Numbered from the whole stretch's first letter, positions 23,450 through 38,280 are shown. The stretch is DNA of 63,435 bases, filler included, from Choristocarpus tenellus KU-1152 (GCA_964200185.2; 13 parts of 13 records of this genome joined end to end with filler, not necessarily neighbours in it); one strand, 5' to 3'. Notes: generated by a model not told the origin, from the letters alone. Translations and numbers: made by a program.

Positions 23450-26400
23450 CTAAGAAGGAAGGTCAATTTCCCCCCTAGTCATGCCCAGTAAAGTGCTGAA
23501 TATCTTGGATCCGTCGTCCCTCAACCCAGAGTGCTGGTACTGATTAGTGACCCATATTTTGCAGTCCGGCAGAATCCGGGACGTTTCCTCAGAAAATTCA
23601 CGCTCAACGTATCTGTTCACAAAGATCAAAACACATCAATGTATCAGACGACGCATGTGCCAATGGTGCAGTCAGTCAGTGGTGACGGGGGGATGGAGAA
23701 TGCATTGGTGAGTATGTGTCTGTGGCAGGAACGTGTGGCCTAAAAAAAAAAAGGAACTGAAGGAATGGCAGCGCATCTTACATCGTTGCTGTTCTTTCTC
23801 GCTATGTGAAGTTATCACGAAAAGCAGGTATGCCTTGCAATGTACTCTGGAGGACTTCATGCTGAACATATACAGCTGTTGTAAGGAGCTTTGAGAGAAG
23901 ATACCACAGAAAAGTACACAAAATGGATCAACTCTGGGGAGTGACCAATCGTTCATTGGTGAGAACGTAATGGTTGCTTTTTAGGCAATGAAAAATAGCC
24001 GCAGTAAAACAGCAGTAAAATACAGATAATATACATGAACTTGTCGCCTATTCTGCCTACTGCTGTCTTGTATTAGCTACCACCCTCAATCTCACAATGA
24101 CATTTGTAAGATGCAGGCACTCTAAATTGAATTTTGTTAATTTTTTTTTGAAAAGCTTCACTGTGCACGAAAGAGGATCAATGTGTGTTTTTGGCCAGGG
24201 GCATTGAGTGGGCATATTACGTTGTCTACAAAACATCAAGAGAGGATCACTGCAACATATGCCAAGATTACCTGCACTTGCTCATGTCCTCTCCCATACA
24301 CCTGTAACTAATTCTGCAATATATCTTATAAATACGTAACATCTACGAGTGAGAGTTCCAAATACTCCATAGATATGTCAAAGCAGAATTTTTGCATACT
24401 GCAATGATACACACACCTCATTTGCCAACCATGCAGTCAGAAATAGGCTACAAAAAGTAATAATAATACGCTATTGATTCAACTATACACTCCACCAATC
24501 CCTTCGTCTATTTCCTTACATACTCCAGCTCTAGCAAAGGGGACACTATGTGAAGTGTAACACTTATACCAATGAATAGCCTGGTATTTCACAACAGTGA
24601 GCCAGTGGGATGTCTTCAGACTATATGTAACCACCCCTGTCCCCTGAATCTTACCACTATTGAGCTACTCTTGGGACTTCCCTCCCAACCCCTCAACATC
24701 CCCAGAAAAACAGCATGAGATCAAAACAAAATGACAAGCTCTGTTGATAACACAACCTACATGTCATCGTAGTACACTGCTGCAGCACAGGGCACATTGC
24801 ACTTCTCAAGAGCAGCCCTGTCATACAGTGCAGGCCATTCTTCAATGCTTGCCAGTTTATCTGCTGCCTCACTAAAGTCCTTCAGGCAAGCATAGGTACC
24901 ATCAAACATCCACCTGAAAATCATCTCCGCTGGGTGTTGAAGATAAGAACACAATGCGCATATCCAAGGAAACCATACAACAGATGAAATTGGCAGGTCA
25001 GGTTAGGTCCTGCAGTAAAGACCTACAGTAATGGTCACACTTTAAGGCATCTATGTACCATCCCAACTTGACAAGTGACAGGCATATTAATGCGTTGTGG
25101 TGTACGTCTGAGATTCAAAAAAAGGCTTGGCATTCCTCTACAAAAAGACAGGTAAATGAGATACGAAAGGCGGACTTTGGAGGGAAATCGCCCAGCCTTG
25201 ACATCCAGTCTGGCACTCCCTCCACCCAACAGCCAGGCTGAGGAGTGAGTGGCTACACCTTGAAGAAGAGGACACATTTTGAGGTCTTGGCGAAGGGTAA
25301 CAGTGCTTCATGCAACTTAAAGGCCACAAGGCATTGGGATATGCAGTCTAGAGTACAGACTGCATGAGAGTCAAGGCAAAAAAAAGTCTTTGGGTAGGGA
25401 TGTGATGCAAGGAGCAACATTCCCACCAGTAGAATAGCCTACATCTTTCATTGAACCACTAGGATGCCTTCACTGTGCAACCTCCCCCACCTAAAGCCCT
25501 CAAAGAAGCAGAGTAACCCAAAACTTCCTGGGGCAACAGGGATACAACACAAAAAACACAAGCATTCCACATTCCTGGCATGTTGCCAAAATAGGTGATT
25601 TCTTTCTTACCTGTCAAATACACAGGGTGTTCACAACCTTCCTCAAGAGTCGTTTCCCAGTCAAACGCCTTCCCAACCTGCTTGATTGAATCAAGCACAA
25701 AAAAAAGGTTCACAATGATAGTAGTAGGTAGGTTTGCGACAATGACATATTCATGTCTTGTGCCTTAACTCCAATGTTATCAATCACCTTGACAGCAATG
25801 CACTTCATGAGCATTACAAATACAGTTCTACTTGAGCCTACACAACACACAATCACAGCTACACAATCTCAGAGAATTTCCCTACAAGTGACATGGTCTA
25901 GTGGTCCCGTATAACCATTTCCATAATGCAAGGCAGTTGGTCCACCAACAGTCTCACACATGCTAGGTTAACCAGTAACAAATTGGTCCAGAGAAAAGCA
26001 TGGTCCCAAAACCACGCTACTTGATCCTACTGTGGTAAGTAAGACCTGGACAGCCATGCAGCATATTGTGAGGCATATACATAGCCAGTTGCAGAGCAGG
26101 GCACACATCATGACCTGTTGTCCAATGTGCTGGGCAAAGCACATTGATTATTTCCTTACAACTCATGTAACAAGTCCCAAGGTGTAGAATACTGGTGGCG
26201 GTAGTCACAAAAATAGGGCACAGTGAGCCCATTTTTCGTTTCTCCCAGGTAGTCCCTTTCATGTCACACCCTTTATAGCCATGGACTGAAAGATCTGCGA
26301 CCATATTAAAATTGGTTTAACACATTTTGACCTACTCAATTCAGCCGAAGCATGTGCACAGCTGTAGGAGGTGAGCACCAGAAGGAAATTTCAAGCCAAG

Positions 26401-28102
26401 TGTGAAATGAAACGCATGAAGGGAAGGAACCAACCAATTGAGAGGTTTCAATTACCCTTCAATTGAACGAATCAAATCAAATGTAGCAATCTGAGAGCTT
26501 CTAACCACCACAACTCCTCAAATTTAGCCAATGCCATTCACGCTCAATACCGCGTTGGGGCTTGCAGCTCTGTTATATGTTTAGGAGTGAATAGTCAAGG
26601 TTATTCATCTAAACGTGGTAAACAGTTTCTTACTGGCTGAAACTTGACTTGCTGGATTTTTGACTACTTTATCATAGTCAATATCTTTATATATTTGGCC
26701 AAACACTTCATGTATAACTACAGTCAAGTCTTTGTTGAAGCTCACACACATCACCGGTACAATAATATCTCTTCTACTGAGCAGCTGTCGCAGAAACCCT
26801 GGTTTTGTATCATATCCACGCACTCACCTGTTAGTGACCAATTGTTCTTACGACCATTTTCACCACTCCAAAGCAATACCACACTCTTTTGACCAACAGA
26901 CTGCAAGGTAAACTGTATCATCAATAATCTCAAACCTGTCTCAAAAAAAGCCCACTTGGGACAATTGATTTCTCAAGTCACAATCAAACAAAAAAAATTG
27001 CTCCCAATTATCATAGGTTTGCATGGAAAGTCTTGTACCTGCATGTGTTACGTGATTGCAAAACCAGAAACACAAGGACAGGCCCTTCGTACAAAAAACC
27101 CAAACATGATTTATATGTGTATTTTCCATACATATATTAATCATATCAAAACCAAAAAAAGGAAAAATAACAAACAGGATAAGACAAACTCTCACCTCAG
27201 GGTCGTTCTTGAGCACTCTCTCTGCTGACCAGTCTGATGGACCGTTGAACCCCTCCCCAGCACAGTAAATTGACTCATGAAGGAGTGCATATATAGGATT
27301 AGTGTCAAAGGGCTGCCTGTTTTCCACCTACAGGAGTACAAGCAAAAGGTTCGTATGTGTAGGTGAAGATGTAAACAGATAGGACTTGGGCTAGGAGTCA
27401 ATTATACTGTGAGTAAGAAGACTAGCAGGAGCAGAGGAATGTTTCAGGGCAAAGATGTCTTACTAACTCGATATGGAACAAAAATCGTTCTATTGGTGGA
27501 GATGTGACAAACATCATCTCATCGTTGGAAAAATGAGCCTCTTGTGCCATCCTCTTTAGCCTCCAATTGCGGCATGATTAGGCACACGAACCTATACGCT
27601 CTCACATCTCGGAGGAACCCGTATGACATTCCGTCTTCTTCCTCCCCATCAAATGCCCCTTCACACAGAAAGTGAAGACTCTCAAACCCCCCTAATCCCC
27701 CTAGTGCCAATCCCAGCTGCAGAAAACGCTCAGGGGTCAATACGCCTCCGGCAGGGAGTTCAACTCTTTCCGCCCTGAGGTATCTCAGGATAGCTTTCAC
27801 CTGTGTTGGTAGTCCAGGGGAACGAACATTCATGGGAGAGGGAAGGGGAATACACACAACAACAGTACTGTCATGATGCATTTTCACCTTTGCATCTCAA
27901 ACTGACCACATACCTTTTCCACATCCCCTGGGTATTGGCTGTAATAGCGTCGGTTTCGCTCCGCCAGGCGCCGGTAGGTCGCCCGGTACACCTTGAGCAG
28001 TGCCAACACAATAACAGCGGTTACATTTAAAATTAATATGAAAAAGAAAAGATATGCTTGTCCACATGACTGCTATTCTTATTATATAATGAACAAATAA
28101 AA

Positions 28103-28135
<33 letters not shown>

Positions 28136-28666
28136 AGACAGAGGCAGAATACTCTGCGAGTCACATTGAAGCCACGGCATCTCTTCACTCCTCAAACCTC
28201 TGTCATCTTACCCCCTTCCACCTAACTATTGTCACTACTCATTGCAAACACAGAGTACAAATCTGGCACTTGCCACATATAGAAACACAGGTACGAGTCA
28301 ATTCGTAGGGGATAAGCAAAGGGGATATGATATACAGACACTACCAAATAAACTCCTTCCCACTGATGAACACAAATTGGGGTCCGCTCACGTGCCTGGC
28401 AATGAGAGATGCATGACAGAAGAGGATCTATCATAGATTTCTGAAAGACTACAGAAGATACAGCACAATTGTCCGAACCAATACACAATACCCCACACCC
28501 TGCCCACCTCATCAATACTTCGTCCCACAGGTGGGAGTCCTCCAGTGAACAGGCCGGCTGTCAGTGCCTCAGGGTGTTTTGAAAGGTATGTCAACAGGCA
28601 GAACCCCCCGAAAGACTGTCCCAAAACTGTCCATTTTGTCTCTAACCCTACCAGAATCTTTCGAAT
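23450..28666 (-). CDS. pip: Proline iminopeptidase (alpha/beta-hydrolase, peptidase S33, large Aeromonas/fungal PapA type); 5' end missing
   Basis: Seven phase-consistent exons 28666-28508, 27991-27914, 27800-27606, 27327-27196, 25677-25611, 24929-24761 and 23612-23450. Motifs: WTVLGQSFGGFC (catalytic Ser), TGGLPP, RNRRYYSQYPGD, TNPIYALLHESIYC, AAAVYYDDIYV (Asp), WVTNQYQHSGLR (His). Confidence 0.93.
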
Positions 28667-28872
28667 CTGTTGGAATAGAGAAAATCCCCCCCCCCCCCCC
28701 ACCCCCCCCCCCCCCCACAACACCCCCAAAAACCACAAACAAAAATAACACAAAAAAAAAAAAAAAACAAAANNNNNNNNNNNNNNNNNNNNNNNNNNNN
28801 NNNNNNNNNNNNNNNNTTAATTAATTAANNNNNNNNNNNNNNNNNNNNNNNNNNNNNNNNNNNNNNNNNNNN

Positions 28873-28908
28873 CCCCCCCCCCCTCCCCCCCCCCAGATAC
28901 TTTGACCC
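28873..28908. mobile_element. MITE family terminus at contig start
   Basis: Poly-C followed by AGATACTTTGACCC. Confidence 0.7.
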
Positions 28909-30668
28909 ATTTTTTATGGGTTTTTTTTGGGGGGGGGGGGGATTCGGTTCCGTATGGCGGTGCTTTCCTTGGAGTTAGAGCAATTTTTGTGGTAAATTTT
29001 GAAATGTTTAGTGTGAGGAAAGGGAGTAATAACTTTTGTCTAGAGTTTAAAGTGCTGAGAAAAGAGGGTAAGAACATACATGTAATTTGAAGTTGAAGTA
29101 TTGTGTTGTGATTTTTCTGATTTCTTACCTCTTTTTTCTCTTTTTCATGGTGTGTTGTAATTTTTTTTTGGTCAAGTTTAATTTCAGCGATTGTTTTCTA
29201 TTTTATTATTGTTGCTTAGTTCTATTGTTTCTAACATGTTACTATTGTTATTATATTGGTACATGTGGAGCAGTTAGTATCTCTATGTAGGTTATTGTCA
29301 TATACCTCCCTTTCCTTCTAACTAAAAAAATGATCTGGTGTCCAAGGGGTTTGAATTTACAAAGTGTTAGCAGGCATTAGCAATATGGTTCTTTTCGGTC
29401 ACCTCACTTTTTGATTAAAACATTTGATTAAAACAAACAAGAGGGTAGAAATATGTAGATTATGGAAGGGACTGGAAGAGCATAGATATTCATTGGGTAG
29501 ATCATTGCTGCTGCTGCTGTTCTTCATTAGAGGGAGTGAAAACAATCATAGGCATGCCTCTCCTTCACCCAGTAGCAATATGGGTTTAACAAAAGCAATA
29601 ATAATAAAAATAAATATTATAGTTAACAATTGGGGGGTGTCCTATGTCCATGCACCTAATGCATGTGTACTAATAACTCAAATGGCACTGCATTCCTACC
29701 CTAACCCTACCCTCACCCTACCCAAAAACCCATTCCTGGATGGATTAAAAACGATTTGATTTCTTGCTTGATAGTTGTGAGTCAAACCGATTGAGAGGTA
29801 GGCAGGTTTGGGCCCTCTTACATTCCATCTTTTTTACCATATGCAATACTCTGTCTCATTACTATATGTTCACAATAGTGCACACTAAATTGATACTCCC
29901 CCCTTTACACACACAAAGTGACACACCACACTTCAGCAAAGACTCTTTCAATAGTGTTACAAAATGACATATATTTGCCCATTCTCATGATCCTTTGAGT
30001 GCAACCTTGGCTACCTTTGAGTTGGTTTGACTCTGTTATTATTATTATTATTACTACTACTACTACTACTACTACTACTTTGGTGTTGTTTTTTATTTGT
30101 ATGAAAAGATGTACGATGTGATTGAGGATTGATATGACATGAGTTGTATTTGTTTGTTGATGTTGGGAATGAAATGTTGTACTTCCAATTGTATTTATTT
30201 GTATTTATTTCCAATTGTAGCCAGTGAAAAAAAAATGATGTGAATTTAGCTTTGTTTGCAACAGATCTTACAAGTTTTTATTTTGCAGTTAAATTCCTCA
30301 GATACCACCCTAACCCTAACTGAATGAGAGCAAAGGAGGCGTGTTTGACTCGAATGCAGTGTTGAGGTACTATTCCTATATTTTCTTAGTGTACCCTATG
30401 TTGTCAAATATGCCATATATTGCCACAAACAACTCACTAGTATGGTACCCTATTCCTTCCTACATTTTTTTCTGAACCCATTTCAATGTATCATTATGTA
30501 ATACCTGTATCATTAGAAAGTTACTATAAAAATCCCAATTTTGATGGTTGCAATTCCCTCAACAATTACAGTCCCTGTTCTTTGTTATTGTAACTATAAG
30601 TGTAATTGTGTTTGTAATTATAAATGTAATTGTTATTGTAATTTGTGTTTATGTCTTTGAACAATCAG

Positions 30669-33600
30669 GCACTACAAGCTTCTGGAGAGTATGAAGGGGC
30701 CCATGAGCTGTGTCTCATGGCACAAGCAGTGGTGGAGCAGTCAGTTGAGAAGGTGGGAAATACTGAAGACATTTATTGCAATTACGTATGTAATGTATTT
30801 TCAAATTATTATTATTATTATTGTTCTTAAAAATGCTGATGATAGTGTTACTGGTAGAAATAATAATATTGAAGCTCAATGTGGGGGCTCCAGTGTTAAT
30901 TGTGTATGGATTTTAAAACTCGATTTATTGTGGCCAAGCTCAATATTTTTGTTTTGTTTTTCTTTGAGAAGGAAGAAATTTTATAATGGTAATTTTTTCT
31001 TACTCATCGCATTTATATTTATTTATTCCACTTCTTTTTGTTGGTTGGGTGTTGTTATGGTTCTATAATGTGTAGAAGAATTTCTATTGGTGTGTTTAAT
31101 TTATTCCGCTATAGTATGTATCATGCACATATTGTATATTATGCAACAAATAATACATTTTTGAAATTGTTCAGGTCAGAAGATATCGATAGTTCTGAAG
31201 TAGGAAGATCTCTGTTTCAGTTTAATGTAAAAGGTGTATGAAAAATTGATATTTTATGTGTTAGTGTTTGATGACATCAACCATATAATAATGTATATTG
31301 ATATTGAAGTATTAAAAGGAGTACCACTTTCTCTCTGTGGGTTGGCAACCCCTTCTTGGCAGGTAGAGGTAGTGCTTCTATCGAGGTTTCTGTTGTTGCA
31401 GTGTGTGCTAAGTGTTAAAAATAATGTTAGCATCCTGTGTGTAGCCTTGATACTAATTTGTAACATTGCTATTTTTTGTAGAGCAGTGACTGAGATACAT
31501 CAACAATAATATGCTAATAGTATCATAGTGACAACACTAAATGAAGCTGTTGTCTTAATATCCACCTTCTTCTTGTCCAATCCTGTGCATGACTGGTTAC
31601 ATGACTGTTTCTGATAGGGTAAGGGGATGGGTCCTGCTCACGACCCGCATGTGTTGTGGCTGCAGCTTGCTCACAGTTCATTTTTTTTACAGAAGTGGGA
31701 TGATGCATTGCAGTTTTTCACCAGGATTGTTCTGGGGGTCAAGCAGGTGTGTATGTATGTATTATGTATGTGTACATGTGTATTGTGTGTGTATGTATAT
31801 TAGGTGTGTGTATGTGTATTAGATTATGTATATTAGGTGTATGTATTGTTTGTTTGTTTTATGTATATTAGGTGTATGTATTGTTTGTGTATGTTTGTAT
31901 GTATATTAGGTGTACGTATGTATGTACTGTTTGTATGTATATTAGGTGTATGTTTGTTTGTATTGTTTGTATGTATATTAGGTGTATGTATGTATTGTTT
32001 GTATGTATATTAGGTGTATGTATTGTTTGTTTGTTTGTATATTAGGTGTATGTATGTATGTATTGTTTGTATATTAGGTGTATGTATGTATTTGTGTGTA
32101 TGTGTATGTATATTAGGTGTATGTATGTTTGTATTGTTTGTTTGTTTGTACATTCTGAACGTTAAATGGGTTCAATGGCTGTGTGAACTAGAGTTGGTGT
32201 GATTTGGTCTCATGATATATTTTTATTTTTGTATATATACAGAAGTTTTTTATCTCTTTATCTACAATACTGGAATTAGTAGCAAAAAACATGCCATTTT
32301 TTTGTCTTCAAGTTTAACTATTTCTCCTATAGTATCTTTGGGTGATACTGCTATTTTTATTTCATTACTATAGCTCCAATAGTGTTGTACACTCTAGGTT
32401 ATAGGGCTTGAACAGCTCATTTGTTCCTTGTGTTTCTTTGAAATAGTAATAGCCCCAACACTTTAAACAAAACAATATTTGTGCAGAATCTAGTTGATTG
32501 AATGGGAATATTGTGATACATGAGGTATGAGGCATTGATTGCCCCTTATACGACAACAAGAAAGAGGTGAATGATTTTTTTAGTATTTCAGTATAGAGGG
32601 GGGGGGGGGGGGGTTTACCTTTTTTTTTTTATGGAAGGGGTTTGTTTTTTTTTTGTACTGGTGTTGAAAAGGGGTTTCCTCTTATATCTCTNNNNNNNNN
32701 NGGGTGTGTTTGTGGTTGTGGGGGGGGGGGGGGGGGGGGGGGGGGGTGGGGGTTACCCTTTTTTTTCAGAGGAATGCGATTGCTATTATTGTGTCATAGT
32801 GATGAATAGGCCTGTCCTCTCAATTCACTGCCTTTGTTTCTTACAAAGGCGTACTGTATGATGCAATAATTGATTTAGTTTTTGGTTTTATCTGTAGTAG
32901 TATCAGTGTCAGTCATCCCCCCTACCGCAATACTGTCATAAATATATTTCTCATTTTTTTAACATTCAAATATATATATAAATGTGTGTGTGTTTGTAAT
33001 AATATATATTTTCAGGTATGTGACAGGGATGAGAGGAGTATGACTGGAATCTGTTCGGCATATGCAGCAGCCAGCATGTGTGGAGTGCAGCCCATATGTC
33101 AAGATGAGGTACACAGGCTTTTATTAAGGTGTGTTGGTGGGATTGAGGTTAGCTTTGACTGAGATCTGTTTGAGTAGCACTTGTATTATTCTGCCCCAGA
33201 GTAGTAGTTCACTTCCTTTCCTACACATATGTATATATAATCATGCCAAACCCATACTTCCATCCTACTTTCACTCAGAACACACCTACAATAATAACCA
33301 ACCCAAGAGAGCATTTTAAGTGTAGTTAGTGATGAGTCCAACCAATATATCGAGATGTATTGGAAAGGATGGAGAGATTGGTTGGTGCAGTTTGTGATTT
33401 GTTTGACTTTTGTGGAGTCTGGAAAGTTTTTTGGGGTGTTGTTGTCGAGGGGCTGGTTCACCAAGAGTGAGATTTTTTTTTATGTGTGAGAGTACACTAA
33501 CCTGTGAGGCCTTAGTTACTGTTGATAGTTGTAGTTATTCCCAGTTAGCCAGGCCACCTTTAAGGTTGATGTTACTCACAGACACCAGAGAGAGAGAGAG

Positions 33601-36600
33601 AGAGAGAGAGATGAGTTACACAAAACAACACAATGTTTTTTACTCAATCTTGTGCCCCAAACGACTTCAATTTTCCTCATGATGGAAGGCGGGTTAAAAA
33701 TGATTAGACCTTAATGGGTGTTACAAAGTCAGGGTTAGGGTTGTTCAAAGGTACAGTCGAGTGCCTGGAGTTGAGTGGTCAATTTCTTATATTGGTCGCA
33801 TTGTATCAGTAATGTTTGTGTTGATAGTCTTGTATCATAAGGACAGTCTGTAGAACTACGAGGATGTGCTTGAACCTTGACTATCTTGATAGCTTGATCC
33901 CAGTCCGGAATTGAAACCACTGCTGTTTGAATAGGTAAGGCTTCAGTACCACGAGTCAGTTGAACATAGTAGGTGGTTCAATGTGGTATTTACCGGGCAC
34001 TCTGTATGTGTAAGTATTACCTCTGAATGTTGCAATTGGAATAACTGTTTTGTTTGGTTCAGTTAGAACTTTTCGATGATGATCTGGTCTGTAAGACAAC
34101 TTCACCAATCTTCCAAGATGTGTCAATGTGGGGAGGGAGGGTGGCCAGTCTGTTTATTCTGAAAATTTATATTGGATGATACGCTTTACATGTGTTACTG
34201 TTTTTATCCCTCAGGGTTCACAGGGGAGCTTGGCATATAGGACTCATCTCATGCTCGTATTCTCAGTACAATTGATTGCCATTGATTAACATTGATTAAC
34301 ATTGCTGGTTTTGTGAAATGGGAAGGGTTTGGTGGGTTAAGATTTTGATTGGCTGAAGAAAGGGTGGACTCGATACAGTAAACAAATGCAACTGGTACAG
34401 CGATGTGATCATCCTTTGACACCCACAATCTGTCCCCACCAATGTACACGTACTTGTGTGTTGGTGTCAGTGCATGTGGGTCGATGAAGGAGCTTGAGGC
34501 TCTGGGCAGCACAGTGAAGGAACACCCTGTACTGAAGGGACGCCTCAGAGCACACGCTGCTCGAGGGCCTCCTGGATCTGAGTTGTGGCTGTTTGAGCTG
34601 CTATACTTGCATAATGCCTCTGCAGCAAATGGAATGCCTGAGGCGTGGCATCAGGTGGACTTTGTGTGTGTGTGTGTGTGTGTGTTTTGTGGTCTTAGCC
34701 AGTATTAACTAAATTTTCTTACCCTGAAATAGGGTTAGGGTTAGATATTGTTGTGGGAAAAATGAATATGCAAGTTGGTGATAGCAAAAAGGTTCATGTA
34801 CAGTATAGAAGCAAATTAGGTGTAGGAAATCATATCTGTTGATTATATCTGTTGATTATATCTGTTGATGAGTACGAGTAGAAATACATTACTTTTATTT
34901 TTATGTTAAATGTCGTTGGATACTATTGGTTTAATTTTTGTCAGTATTCAGTTGGTTTCACTGAACAATCGGCACAGCTTTGGAAAGGCTTGAAAAAAAA
35001 AAAAAAAATCCAGGGGGCTGTATGTATTCTGCCGTTGAAATGATGAAGAGAATAAGAGATTAATAATGCAGTTTACTTACTGGGTTGATTGATACTATGC
35101 CTCTGTTTAACACATGGTTGATTGCTTGCTTGCTTCCTTCTTGTGTGTCTGTGTGTTGTTGGTGATGCTACAGGGGATGCTTGAGTTGTTGCAGGAGACT
35201 CCAATAGCAGCTATGTCTCAGGCATTTGAGATGGAGAACATAAGGTGGATACCCAGTGAGGCAGATGCGGTCATGGCCCACAAGTTCATGAAGGTGATGA
35301 TGGTTATGGTTATGGTGATGATGATGGTAATGAAGAACAGACTGGTGAAGTACAATTGGTGGTTAGAACATTTAGATCATGCTTGAAGCGTGAGTGTTGT
35401 CTCTCTTTGCTCTCTTTACCCATACCTTGGTTTGACCTCTTATCATGATTCTGGTGTTGGAGTATTTGTTCAGCTTAATGATGTTTGGTTTTGCAGTGTG
35501 CAATTCTCTTGCGGTAAGTGAGAACCATGGGTTTCTGCATATTAGGAAGGCTTTTCAGTAGGCAAGTCTGTGCAGCATACCATTTTGACATTAAAGGATG
35601 TATGATTAAACATGAGGAAGGTGTGTATTTGACGTGCATGGAGTGTGTTTGCATTCAAGGGTGCGTAGACCATCTTTGGTTTAATCCAATTCGGATGAAA
35701 TTTGGTTGGACTCTGATAAAGAAATTAATGTTCCTAACACTTGTTTGCATAAATGACTCGATTAATTCCTCATTGTGTAGAACAGATTGTACATGAAGTA
35801 AGGAAGGTAAAAGGAGGAGTGAACATCCAAGGGGGGGGGGTCTTTGTCACCTTATCATTCATATTCTAATAACTCATCACTCATTCTGTGTTACTTACTA
35901 CAACCTCCCCTTTTCTAGGATTCTTCTTGTTGTACTGTAATAGCCCGGATAATATTCTCATGGTCACTCAACAGGAACATTCCTATAAATTTCCCGTTAT
36001 CGAACCATAGTACAACAACTGATTGTTTATCCTGCAGAATCATTTTTTACGCATGAATGAAAAGCTTCTTTACAGACCCAATATTGATCCCAGTTGGGGT
36101 TCACAGTCTCTTTTTCTTTTTCAAGGTGGAGAATACAACACAAGGTTCACGGGTGTATAAAAATTTGAAAACCCAAGGTGTAACATTGACCTCAATTGAT
36201 TCCCTCCACCAACCTTCCTCAAACCCTAACCCTAACCCCTCTCTGGCCCCCTCCCTCTCTATTTAATCCTCCCTAAAGGGATTGGTCCTTTACAAGCTGG
36301 AAAGGATGGAGGAAGCTCTAAAGTGCTTTGGTTACATTGTGGACTCTGCACGAGACAAGGATGAGCCCCCGCCCAGAGGAGGGGAGGGTGGGGGCGGCGA
36401 AGGTGCTCCGATAAAGGTTCTCCTCACTGAGTCCAGATTTGTGCTGCCCCATGCTCTGTACCTCACTGCTGTGCTCTCATATCGCCTCCGTCCAGTGGGA
36501 GAGCAGCTCTACATTTCACACTCCCTTTGTGTTCGTGCGAAGCGAATTCGAGACTATGATTTTGACTGTCAGGTGTGTGCGATCAAGAGCTTGAGAGTTT

Positions 36601-37617
36601 TGAGTTGTAGATTTTGAACAACAAAGAATAGTTGTAGTAGTTGTAGTGTTGGGGTTATTTTTTAGGAATGTAGCACTATGTACTATGACGGGATGGAGGT
36701 TGAGGTTGAGGTTGAGATGTGAGACTTTTTGTGTAGTGTTATCAGAAGTGATTTGAAAGAGATATGTATGTACTACTACAGTGTGTATTAGCTGTACTTT
36801 TATCAGTTTTTTTTATTGTGCCCGGTGTGAGACATGCACACTATATTTTCATACCACTCCATAAGTTACCCCTCCATGAGTGTTGTGTTTAATTTGAGGC
36901 AATTTGGATATCAAACCAAAGATTGCCATTGACTAAATTCTAGGCGGTTGGTGGGTTGATGGGTGGCAGATAGTTTTACTACCACTGTGCAGACTTAGAC
37001 CTCATGGTGTGTAAGCTATCATGCCGACATTGGTCTCTTTCATTGTCAAACTGAACTGCCTACTCCGCCCTATCTGGATTTACTTCCCTGAACCTGCTTT
37101 ATTTTGTATTTTTTGAGAGGTGTGTTTTCACATGACAGGTAGGCAGGCCACCTTCTTTTGATAGATGTGGTGGTATATGTAGAGTGTATGCATGTGTCTC
37201 TTTGTTGATAGATGTAAAATCTCGTCATATAGAAAAAAAAATCATTGTACTCTCTTTTTTTTTTTAGGTGAAATACTTGGGGGGGGGAGGGGAGGGGTTC
37301 AAAATTTGCATTGCATGGAAGGAAAGAGAGCCCTATTGTTGGTATTTTCTTCCAAAGACACAGTCCGGTGCAGCATTAGCAGGACACACTGTGCATTGCA
37401 TGCTCTCATCCTGATTGGATTTCAAAGTTGGGGGAGGATTTGGATCAGTATCTATAATGTAATATGTACTACATCTTGTTTTCGTATTCCCCCTTTTATT
37501 GACAGCATTACACATATACAAATTTCTTCGCACGCACATGTTTGGCAGGTGAAAATCAGTAAACTGATGGCCAGTCTGCAAAAGTACATGGATGACATGG
37601 AGGTGAACTCACGATGA
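30669..37617 (+). CDS. TTC39/IML2-like tetratricopeptide-repeat protein, C-terminal half
   Basis: Phase-0 exons 30669-30752, 31618-31746, 33016-33108, 34490-34654, 35174-35293, 36279-36572 and 37549-37617. Motifs: LWLQLAHSSFFLQKWDDALQFFTRI, FELLYLHN, KGLVLYKLERMEEALKCF, FVLPHALYLTA, AKRIRDYDFD...*. Confidence 0.75.
31746..32150. repeat. Degenerate ~30-bp intronic minisatellite (GTATATTAGGTGTATGTATGTATTGTTTGTAT)
   Basis: Repeated TATATTAGGTGT core separated by variable (TATG)/(TTTG) runs, starting right after the donor at 31747. Confidence 0.9.
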
Positions 37618-38157
37618 TGGTCTATTCTGAGCGCAAGGGTGCATGTTTGTTTGGATCTGGATCGTGTTGTGCTGTTGATTTTCTGTCCAGTTTGAGACGT
37701 TTCGGTGGGAAAAGGAGGATCTATTGGTGGCAAAATTTTGGCAAGGTCAACTGACGTGTGCTGCCGTGTATGCTCTGCAATGCCTTAGATTGGTGGATTG
37801 GTCAACAGAAAGAAGCAGCAATATCGTAACAATGTGTTTTGTCATTGAAGGACGAGCATGATGCTGGGAACTCTAACAGCTTCTGTGTGCTCTTGCTTGT
37901 TAGTTGTGCACACCAGAGTTTTCTAGAGTAATTGGCATGTCTCTTATCTATCCATTCATCTGCAGTTAGTTGTGTGACTGCTGTGATTTGTTGCCATGGC
38001 TTCCTTCTTTGTTTTACTCTCTCTCCTTCCCCCTATTTTGTGCCCACTACACCCCTCNNNNNNNNNNNNNNNNNNNNNNNNNNNNNNNNNNNNNNNNNNN
38101 NTTAATTAATTAANNNNNNNNNNNNNNNNNNNNNNNNNNNNNNNNNNNNNNNNNNNN

Positions 38158-38280
38158 GTGCATGGGGAACTCTATCAAGCCAATCAGCTGTCAAGAGAGG
38201 TGTGCATGGGGAACTCTATCAAGCCAATCAGCTGTCAAGAGAGGTGTGCATGGGGAACTCTATCAAGCCAATCAGCTGTC
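38158..38280. repeat. 44-bp tandem repeat x~2.8, truncated by contig start
   Basis: GTGCATGGGGAACTCTATCAAGCCAATCAGCTGTCAAGAGAGGT repeated perfectly. Confidence 0.95.

Noticed and set aside
25341-25365. 9-bp hairpin ATGCAGTCT...AGACTGCAT as a Helitron 3' end
   Set aside because: No properly spaced CTRR terminus and no other copies seen.
30289-30366. Candidate upstream exon of the TTC39-like gene
   Set aside because: The frame needed to join the next exon contains a stop codon.
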